NCBI GenBank assembly: GCA_043787035.1
Contig: JAYVVL010000285.1
Span: forward strand, 1 to 63,013
Length of the DNA stretch: 63,013 bases
Source: Synechococcales cyanobacterium
GTDB taxonomy: Bacteria > Cyanobacteriota > Cyanobacteriia > Leptolyngbyales > Leptolyngbyaceae
Direction of reading: 5' to 3'
Within the stretch, counting starts at the first letter, position 1. Every line of letters starts with the position of its first letter. The position numbers and the translations under genes were made by a program. Shown piece by piece: positions 46,964 to 54,535 of this stretch. Under the pieces are notes generated by a model. It ran no database searches. It was not told the origin of the DNA and saw only the letters and a list, made by a program, of their open reading frames with translations.

Positions 46964-49411
46964 GTGACTCAAGAATTTATACTCTCCGTAACCCCTGTTC
47001 AGGATGACAAGTACCTGATTCAGACTGTTCACGATCGGATGTCGTCCGGCGTCCCGGTCGCGGAGGAAATCGTGACGTGGCGGGTCGATGCCTGGATTCG
47101 CCAAGCAGCGGCGCTAATGAACGATCCATTGGTGGGATTGCTGCGAAGTTCTAGCGCCCCCGACGTCTTCAACGATGGGCCGATACCCGATGCCGTCAGC
47201 CTAAGTGCGCTCGGTCAACAGCTTTACAATGCGTTGTTTCAAGGGAGCATTCGAGATAGCTGGATCGCCGCCCAAGGCATTGCCCAAAACCAGCAAGATA
47301 TTCTCCGTCTGCGTCTTGGCCTCAAGGACGATCGCACCATTCGACTGCCCTGGGAAGTGCTGAATGCAGGCTCTAGGCCGCTCTCGACCGGGACCGATGT
47401 TGTCTTTTCTCGGTTTCATGCGGGACAAATGACGCCTTGCTTTTCCAGTGGAACAATAGGACAACCCCTGCGAATTTTGATGGTGCTGTCTGCGCCGACG
47501 GATCAAGATCGTCTACAACTTCATGAGGAAGCTCAACATCTTCAGCATGAGCTAGGTCATGACCTAGCGTCCCCCAACGCCCCAGAAATCGAACTCACGC
47601 TTCTCGAACAACCGGGCCGCGAACAGCTCACCCAATCCCTCGAACAGGGAAATTACGATATTTTGCACTATGCAGGCCATAGCGGCTGGGGCGCAGCGGG
47701 AGGAGACCTCTATCTTGTCAATCGCCGAACGGGACTTACAGAGCCGCTGAGTGGGGAAGACCTAGCGGGGCTGCTGGTCAATAATGGCGTCCGGATGGCT
47801 GTATTTAACTCCTGCCGGGGCGTGCGCGCTGCGACTATTGAGTCTACGGGGGCACTGGACAATTTGGCGGATGCACTGCTACGGCGGGGAGTTCCAGCGA
47901 TTTTGGCGATGGCTGAGCGGATTCCGGATGATGTGGCGTTGATTTTGAGTCGGTTGTTTTATCGCAATTTGAAGCAAGGCTATTCTATAGATCTTAGTCT
48001 CAACCGAGCGCGGCAGGGGTTGCTGTCGTCCTATGGCTCGAACCAGTTGTACTGGGCGTTGCCGATTTTGTATTTGCATCCTGATTTTGATGGCTATCTT
48101 CATGTCGCAGCGGGGCAGACGGCGACGGGGCAAAATGTGATTGATCCGATCGCAATGCTCGATCCGGATGCGCTTAATCCTATTTTGATGGATTTAGACC
48201 AATTGCCGATGGACGACTTTGAGGGATTACTCGATCCGTCGGTCGATCCGGATTATGACGACGATCGGGCGGCGATTTCGGACCTGATGAAGACGCTTGA
48301 TCCGACGAGTTTTGCGCCGTCTGAACCCCGTACAGCGCCCGTGTCTCCAGTGGACGATCTGCTAAAACTAGGGCAAAGGCTTCAGTCTAGCGGCGACCTC
48401 ACGGGGGCTATTGATGCCTACGGTCAGGCGCTAAAACTGGATGGCAACAGCGCTATTGTTTATGACGCTCTCGGAACCGCCTTTCAGCAGTATGGAAATC
48501 TTCCCGAGGCGCTCTCGTCCTACCGCATGGCTTCTCAACTGGACCCAAGCCTCCAAAGCGCTGACGACCATGTGCGATCGATGCTTCAGGGCAACACCCA
48601 CGGCGAAGCGACCTCAACCCCCTCGAATGCGGCAAACTTTGGGGCAAATCCATACCGAAAGCGTGCGCCCTGGAAAAAACCAGCGTCGATCGCTGTGGTC
48701 GCCTTGGCTGCTGTGGCTCTAGGCGTTGCTGCCGCCAGCCTTCTGGGAAAATCAATGAATCCGGGTCAGCAGTCTTTAGAAAGTCAGACGTCTAGTCAGG
48801 GCAAATCGGGGACCGGAGTCTTGATGACCATCGCGACCCAAGGCTTTGCTAAAGGCAACGTGCGCAAAAGTCAGGAGGCGATCGAATCTCTGATGGACAA
48901 TGGCAACTTAGTGGAAGCCCAAACGGCCCTCGAAAGCGCCACTGTGGCCCAAAAGGAAATTGCACCAATAGCCTATCTCCAAGGTCGTCTCTCATGGCAA
49001 TTTGCCCAAAAAGATGAAGCGACCCACAGCTTCCAAGATGCCCGTCGATTCTTCGCGATCGCCACCCAAAAAAATCCCAACTCACCCGCATTTCAAAATG
49101 CCCTCGGGTTTGCGTACTACACCGAAAACGACATCCCCCGCGCCACCGACGCCTGGACCCAGGCCCAAACCCTCACCCAAAAAGAGCCGACTCTAGAGAC
49201 CGCCACTGCCGACGCCGGACTCGCGCTCAACTACTGGCAAGCAGCTCGCAAAGGCGGCAAAGACTCACCCCGACTCAAGGCAGAAGCGGTCAAACTTCGC
49301 GATCGCGCCCTCAAAACCCGACCGTCTGATTTTACTGACGCCGCCCTCAGCAAAAATTGGCTCTGGACCCTCAAAATGATCGCGGACTGGAAACAAGTGC
49401 GATCGCTTTAG
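46964..49411 (+). CDS. Membrane-anchored CHAT-domain (caspase-like) protein with TPR repeats
   Basis: GTG 46964 is preceded by aagagga. CHAT dyad context ILHYAGHSGW and MAVFNSCRG. Cytoplasmic TPR (GDLTGAIDAYGQALKLDGN...), a TM ASIAVVALAAVALGVAAASLL and a C-terminal TPR-like ectodomain. Confidence 0.85.
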   Translation: MTQEFILSVTPVQDDKYLIQTVHDRMSSGVPVAEEIVTWRVDAWIRQAAALMNDPLVGLLRSSSAPDVFNDGPIPDAVSLSALGQQLYNALFQGSIRDSWIAAQGIAQNQQDILRLRLGLKDDRTIRLPWEVLNAGSRPLSTGTDVVFSRFHAGQMTPCFSSGTIGQPLRILMVLSAPTDQDRLQLHEEAQHLQHELGHDLASPNAPEIELTLLEQPGREQLTQSLEQGNYDILHYAGHSGWGAAGGDLYLVNRRTGLTEPLSGEDLAGLLVNNGVRMAVFNSCRGVRAATIESTGALDNLADALLRRGVPAILAMAERIPDDVALILSRLFYRNLKQGYSIDLSLNRARQGLLSSYGSNQLYWALPILYLHPDFDGYLHVAAGQTATGQNVIDPIAMLDPDALNPILMDLDQLPMDDFEGLLDPSVDPDYDDDRAAISDLMKTLDPTSFAPSEPRTAPVSPVDDLLKLGQRLQSSGDLTGAIDAYGQALKLDGNSAIVYDALGTAFQQYGNLPEALSSYRMASQLDPSLQSADDHVRSMLQGNTHGEATSTPSNAANFGANPYRKRAPWKKPASIAVVALAAVALGVAAASLLGKSMNPGQQSLESQTSSQGKSGTGVLMTIATQGFAKGNVRKSQEAIESLMDNGNLVEAQTALESATVAQKEIAPIAYLQGRLSWQFAQKDEATHSFQDARRFFAIATQKNPNSPAFQNALGFAYYTENDIPRATDAWTQAQTLTQKEPTLETATADAGLALNYWQAARKGGKDSPRLKAEAVKLRDRALKTRPSDFTDAALSKNWLWTLKMIADWKQVRSL

Positions 49412-49420
49412 TCAGTTCAG

Positions 49421-49969
49421 TTATTCTTTCGACGGATTTAGTTGAACGGCGATCGGGGCTTCTTCTCTAGGATGGGACGATCGCTTCAGAGCCGGAGTCA
49501 TCACGAGGGACACGCCCACGCCCCCCATTACAAGCGCTCCAAGAAGTTCGATTAGAGCTTTTTGTTCAGTTTGAATAATTGACTGCTTAGACTTTCTCGG
49601 TGCGCCCAGGCTCATAATTTCTTTGCCGGCTCCCCAGATGATGACGAGCATGATAACCCAGGTCAGGAGCAGTAAAAAAATGGCCCGAAACCCAACAGGC
49701 TGCCTAAGTCTAGTGAGTACAGCGTGCCAGAAAAAACGCTTTTTCGACGATCGAGCCGTTGATCCGGCGACAGGATCAACAGACGATTCGAGGACAGCAT
49801 CGACGCAAGATTTCTTCCGACGAGACTCTACCACCCGGTCGAGTAACGAGATTCGCGAACGATTTTTTTTGTAGAGACGCGATCGCATAAGAAACACCCC
49901 TGAACCCGGTCGAATTCTCTTTATTTCATCTCTTAATCTTAATGAAAGATTCGGAAGATGAAAGAGCAA
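49421..49969 (-). CDS. Hypothetical membrane protein
   Basis: Two TM segments (FRAIFLLLLTWVIMLVIIWG, LIELLGALVMGGVGVSLVM). Lies directly downstream of the histidine kinase. The start is uncertain. Confidence 0.4.
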   Translation of the reverse strand: MLFHLPNLSLRLRDEIKRIRPGSGVFLMRSRLYKKNRSRISLLDRVVESRRKKSCVDAVLESSVDPVAGSTARSSKKRFFWHAVLTRLRQPVGFRAIFLLLLTWVIMLVIIWGAGKEIMSLGAPRKSKQSIIQTEQKALIELLGALVMGGVGVSLVMTPALKRSSHPREEAPIAVQLNPSKE

Positions 49970-50019
49970 AAGGGTAGATTTCTAAGATTTTTAACAAAAA
50001 ACTACGTCTAAACGATCGG

Positions 50020-51384
50020 TTATTCCAAATACCCGCCCAGGAATGAATTCCGAGGTGGACGAGCAACGGAGCAGACTGGAATCCGGACTTCAATGGTACA
50101 TCCTGCATTTAGCGATGTCTCGATCGTCAATATTCCACCGTTTGCGATCGCGCGTTCTTGCATTCCCTGCAATCCAAAACCAGACTTCGTTTGCGATCGA
50201 ACAAACCCAATCCCATTGTCACAAACCCGGAGCTGAATCCAATCCTGATTAGACTGCATTATCGTTCGCACTACAATGTCTACTTCAGTGGCTTGAGCGT
50301 ACTTTGTAATGTTTGTCAGCGTTTCTTGCAAGATGCGATAGAGCGTTAGTTTTAACGATTCAGGTAGCGTTAACAAAATCTGGATATCAGTGGTCGGTTT
50401 TATTTGCGTCGATCGTTGCCAATCTTGTAGCAGCGTTTCAATCAGTTCCGATAACAACTTGTTGCTCAGCGGCGACGATCGAAGATTAGAGACCGAATGG
50501 CGAACCGATTGCAAGGCCATGGAACCCTGGGTTTTGGCTTCACCGATGAGATCTTTAGCTTCAACCGGATCGCTGTCCCAGAGCCGCAGTCCCGCTTCTA
50601 AATACAGATTAAACACCGTCAACGAATGGCCCAGCGAATCATGAATTTCGCGCGAAATCCGATCGCGTTCTTGCACAATGGCCAAGTCCTCCACTCGCAG
50701 CGCATAGATTCGCAAGGTTTGGTTCGCCGCCGTCAGAGCCTCTCGACTTTGCCGTTCTGCGACCAACGCACTGATCAGCACCTGCACAAACAACAGCACC
50801 AACCCTAACAAAATCACACTACTCAACGACATCATCCACAAACGCGAAGCCAAAAAATCCTGGATATCAGGCGCACCTTCCACTCGAAAGGGCGATCGAA
50901 CCGTTCCGCGTTCCGCCCGTCGCATCGCAATCTGCTCCCACTGGGTGTACTGCACCGTCAGCGCATGGTAAAGCTGCGCCGATCCCGTACTCACAAACGT
51001 CAGCCCCGTCAGCCACCGATGCACCCCCGTCCCAAACATCAACCCCGTCCGCATCACAAACACAACGCACAACAGCGGGAAAAGCTGCATTCCAGTGCCT
51101 AGAATCGCGATCGCAATCAAACTCGCCAGCATTCCGGTGTAGAGCCATTTTTGACGCCGATGTTCGGTGGGCAGCCTCAGACCTAGCAAGCCGATCGTCA
51201 CAATGATGGCAATATTGAGTCCCGGTTCACGGGGAATGCCGATCGTCAACAGTCGCAACGGCGGTAGACGCATCAGTTCACCTAAGGCCGTCAGCACAAG
51301 CAATCCCCACTCAAACTGAAGCAAAAACCGGAACGGATGGTGGTTCGGCGTAATCATAGGGCGCTCTCCAAAACAAGTCTCCAA
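50020..51384 (-). CDS. Membrane sensor histidine kinase (HisKA_3 / NarL-partner type)
   Basis: Five to six N-terminal TMs, H-box ISREIHDSLGHSLT, and an HATPase_c region (VCDNGIGF, GFGLQGMQERA). No response regulator is adjacent. Confidence 0.85.
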   Translation of the reverse strand: METCFGERPMITPNHHPFRFLLQFEWGLLVLTALGELMRLPPLRLLTIGIPREPGLNIAIIVTIGLLGLRLPTEHRRQKWLYTGMLASLIAIAILGTGMQLFPLLCVVFVMRTGLMFGTGVHRWLTGLTFVSTGSAQLYHALTVQYTQWEQIAMRRAERGTVRSPFRVEGAPDIQDFLASRLWMMSLSSVILLGLVLLFVQVLISALVAERQSREALTAANQTLRIYALRVEDLAIVQERDRISREIHDSLGHSLTVFNLYLEAGLRLWDSDPVEAKDLIGEAKTQGSMALQSVRHSVSNLRSSPLSNKLLSELIETLLQDWQRSTQIKPTTDIQILLTLPESLKLTLYRILQETLTNITKYAQATEVDIVVRTIMQSNQDWIQLRVCDNGIGFVRSQTKSGFGLQGMQERAIANGGILTIETSLNAGCTIEVRIPVCSVARPPRNSFLGGYLE

Positions 51385-51465
51385 AACTTAGGACGATAGT
51401 CCCAAGCCAAATGGGCGATCGTCTTTATAAGATAGGCGTATTCAAATCAAATCACGAGAAAATTC

Positions 51466-51963
51466 ATGTCTTTCAATCGTAAAGCTTTTGCAATCGTTAC
51501 GGGTTGTGCCTTGTTGTTATCTCCTCTATTCAGCACCCTTGCAAACGCTCGTCCTAATGCGGTAGCCAATAGTAATTCAACCACCATCGCCCGTAAGATG
51601 GGCGAGGCAACGCCGGAGAAAATGGAGCAACGCCTCCAAAAAATGGCGAAGGAACTTAACTTAACGCCTGCCCAAGTCGATCAAATCCGCACCCTGCGAT
51701 CGACAACCCGTACTAACATTGACGGCGTCCTCTCCGCTGATCAGAAAGCGATCATCAAAGCTGCCCTCGCTGAGAAAAAAGGCCACAAAGCCGCCATGCA
51801 GGCCGCAAACGTCACCGACGCTCAACGCGCCCAAAGAAAACAGATCTGGAAAGACTCCAAAACCGCCATGGAAAAAATTCTGACGCCTGAACAGCGCGCA
51901 AAATGGACAGCAAAGATGCAAGAGCATAAAGGAAACACCCAACGTACCAACGTCCCTCGCTAA
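51466..51963 (+). CDS. Spy/CpxP-family periplasmic protein
   Basis: Signal peptide and repeated LTxxQ motifs (LTPAQVDQIRTL, LSADQKAIIKA, LTPEQRAKW). Highly basic and helical. Confidence 0.75.
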   Translation: MSFNRKAFAIVTGCALLLSPLFSTLANARPNAVANSNSTTIARKMGEATPEKMEQRLQKMAKELNLTPAQVDQIRTLRSTTRTNIDGVLSADQKAIIKAALAEKKGHKAAMQAANVTDAQRAQRKQIWKDSKTAMEKILTPEQRAKWTAKMQEHKGNTQRTNVPR

Positions 51964-51973
51964 GGATCCCTAA

Positions 51974-53806
51974 CTAAGAATCCGGCTTACTTAGAGGAAC
52001 TTGCTCAACGCCAGCTACCAGTTCGATTACCTCTCGAACGATCGGAGCAGCGGTGGTTCCTCCGTAGGCTTGACCTTGGGGTTCATCAAGGACAGACAAA
52101 ACGACGTAGCGAGGATTATCCACCGGGAAAATCCCGACAAAGCTCGTAATAAATTTGGACGTAGAGTAGCCACCGGATTCGGTGGCTTTTTGTGCGGTCC
52201 CAGTTTTCCCCGCCACCCGATAGCCTGCCACCTGCGCCTGTTTCCCGGTCCCGTTGTTGACCACCGCCTCCATCATCCGCAGAATGGCTTTCGTGTTTTT
52301 AGGCGAAAAAATCTGTTTGGGCATGGCTTGTTGAGGTTGCCAGTGGGGGCGTCCTTGGCTGTCGTAGAGACCTTTGACAACATGGGGCGTGACCATTTTG
52401 CCGCCATTCGCCAGCATGGCATTGAGCTTCACGAGCTGCATCGGCGTTATGGCAAACCCCTGACCAAACGCTGTCGTAGCGATTTCAATGGGAGAACTCA
52501 TGTAGGTTTTTCGTTCTTTGATGTAGCCCTGCGCTTCAAAGGGCAAGTCGATGCCTGTATACTGCCCCATGCCAATGCGTTCGAGCCAACTGTAGTAGAC
52601 CGATGGCTTCATGGTTTGGACAATGCGAACCATTCCGACGTTGCTAGAATACCGAATGATGTCCGTAAGACCGATCGTTCCACGCGCCGCGCCATCGGAG
52701 TTACTAATCGGCTCGCCTTCAATGGAAAGGGTTCCAGAATCGTAAAACGTATCGTCAAGCTTAACTGTCCCCGCTTCAAGGGCGATCGCGACATTAATAG
52801 GTTTGAAGGTCGATCCCGGCTCATAGAGGTCGGTGAGTCCCCAGTTCTTAAATGCCGATAGATCTTTCACTTTCCAATATTCATTCGGGTCAAAGGTCGG
52901 GTTAGATACCATGGCCAAAATTGCGCCATCTTGGGCATCCATCACGATGACCAGTCCACGTTTTGCACCGAAGGATTGAACCTGGCGCGTGACGATTTTT
53001 TGGATTGCGCGTTGGAGTCGATTGTCAATAGTAAGCTGAAGCCGGAGATCGTCTTGGTGAATGAAGCCGTTGGGCACATTGTCCGGTAGGACGTTGCCCT
53101 GTCCTGTTTTGTTGAGCCGAACCGCTTTTTCCGATCGTTCGAGCAGATGCTTGTAGCTATATTCCACGCCTCCTTGACCCTGTTGAGCATTATCGACGTA
53201 GCCAATAATGCTGCCGAGGAGATCCTGTTGTGGATAGACGCGCTGTTCCTGAGCGATGAAATCTAACCCGTCGATGTATAGCTCTCTGATTCGGTTGGCG
53301 CTGTCTTCTTTGATGTGATCCACCAGCCGAATTCCCGTTTTAGCGCTGTCGAGCTTCTTCTGAAGGTCCGCTTCGGGCTGATTTAAAATGGGCGCGAGGG
53401 CTTTCGCCACCTCCGCCGTACTTTTTTTGTCAAAATATCGAGGATGCGCAAAAATTGTGTAGACCTGCTCATCAATGGCAATCGCATTTCCGGTGCGATC
53501 TATTACGGGCCGACGAGGCGTGAAGGGCCGCAAATAGGTCGTTTGCTGCTGCTTGGCATAAGTAAGCAACTCCGACGCCTTAAACACCTGTAGCCGGACT
53601 AAATTTCCGCCCAACAGTATGCACCCCGTCAACAAAATCATCCACACTAACCGAAGGCGCTGAGGGGACGGAATCGCCGGAAGATCCATCAGACTCTTAA
53701 CATAGGGAGATTTCGATCGCCGCCTCGATCGGGTTTCAAACCGGGCAGGATTCGATCGCGCTGAGTTCGATCGGGATTTGTCAAGCCGGGATAGGGGGCG
53801 GACCAT
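51974..53806 (-). CDS. ftsI: Penicillin-binding protein 2/3-class D,D-transpeptidase (FtsI-like)
   Basis: 610 aa with an N-terminal anchor, a PBP dimerisation domain, and the motifs STFKP, SSN and KTGTA. Confidence 0.9.
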   Translation of the reverse strand: MVRPLSRLDKSRSNSARSNPARFETRSRRRSKSPYVKSLMDLPAIPSPQRLRLVWMILLTGCILLGGNLVRLQVFKASELLTYAKQQQTTYLRPFTPRRPVIDRTGNAIAIDEQVYTIFAHPRYFDKKSTAEVAKALAPILNQPEADLQKKLDSAKTGIRLVDHIKEDSANRIRELYIDGLDFIAQEQRVYPQQDLLGSIIGYVDNAQQGQGGVEYSYKHLLERSEKAVRLNKTGQGNVLPDNVPNGFIHQDDLRLQLTIDNRLQRAIQKIVTRQVQSFGAKRGLVIVMDAQDGAILAMVSNPTFDPNEYWKVKDLSAFKNWGLTDLYEPGSTFKPINVAIALEAGTVKLDDTFYDSGTLSIEGEPISNSDGAARGTIGLTDIIRYSSNVGMVRIVQTMKPSVYYSWLERIGMGQYTGIDLPFEAQGYIKERKTYMSSPIEIATTAFGQGFAITPMQLVKLNAMLANGGKMVTPHVVKGLYDSQGRPHWQPQQAMPKQIFSPKNTKAILRMMEAVVNNGTGKQAQVAGYRVAGKTGTAQKATESGGYSTSKFITSFVGIFPVDNPRYVVLSVLDEPQGQAYGGTTAAPIVREVIELVAGVEQVPLSKPDS

Positions 53807-53811
53807 AGATG

Positions 53812-54414
53812 CTAGTACCCGATGGGCAGGATGGGTTTGGTATTGGAATCGGGTCCAGTGGGACGCATGGGAAGAGGCGGACGAGGAGGAGCCGGAGGCA
53901 TGACAACAATGTTAGCCGCACTGCGCGGCACAAGACCATACTGCTTGGGATCGGTAGTGCGGGCGATATTATTTTTCATCATTTCGCCGTTCGTGGTGAG
54001 CTGACGCTCGTTGCGACGGAGCTTCTCTAACTGACGATATTCTTGACCCCACTGCTGCTGAGAGTACATAGCCCAGCCATAGGTGACGATCGCCCCACTC
54101 GCCAAAACTGCAGCCACTAGTAAGGACCAACGTTCAGCCTGCTTCATCAGTTGCAGCCATTGGGGAACCGAAGCGCGGTCAGGCAGTGGCTGCAATCGGG
54201 CATCGCGCGATCGGGACTTCGGCGGTAACGGAGCCTTAACGGCAGCGTTCGATCGGCTACGAGAGGAAGGGCGATCGTTTGATCGAGATCCCAGCCTAAA
54301 GCCAAGACGTGAGCGGTCGATCGGGGAGCTAGGGTTCAGCCGAGGCGAGGGTCTTGCATTCGATTTAGCTGGCGTTTTAAATGACGTTAGTCTCGGAGTT
54401 ACAAGCATAGACAA
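53812..54414 (-). CDS. FtsL-like bitopic protein
   Basis: Ser/Arg/Pro-rich N-terminus, one TM (WSLLVAAVLASGAIVTYGWAMY), then a short coiled coil (QEYRQLEKLRRNERQL). It ends 5 nt upstream of ftsI. Confidence 0.5.
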   Translation of the reverse strand: MSMLVTPRLTSFKTPAKSNARPSPRLNPSSPIDRSRLGFRLGSRSNDRPSSRSRSNAAVKAPLPPKSRSRDARLQPLPDRASVPQWLQLMKQAERWSLLVAAVLASGAIVTYGWAMYSQQQWGQEYRQLEKLRRNERQLTTNGEMMKNNIARTTDPKQYGLVPRSAANIVVMPPAPPRPPLPMRPTGPDSNTKPILPIGY

Positions 54415-54535
54415 CCCGTTGGGCGGTGGTTGACAGAAGCATTCTAACCCGAGGACTGTTGTAAAACGATTGATCTCTAATATTTTCTCTGAAGTTGTCC
54501 CTCACATTTAGAGGTGGTGAGACCGATCGCTGAAG

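Noticed and set aside
46716-46967. 83-aa plus-strand ORF (contains CCDDEDCPNLC) in the CHAT upstream spacer
   Set aside because: Its ATG lies inside the loop of the terminator hairpin. It has no RBS and no family resemblance.
52001-52861. 286-aa ORF antisense to ftsI
   Set aside because: It is a shadow ORF. PBP motifs (STFKP, SSN, KTGTA) are on the minus strand.
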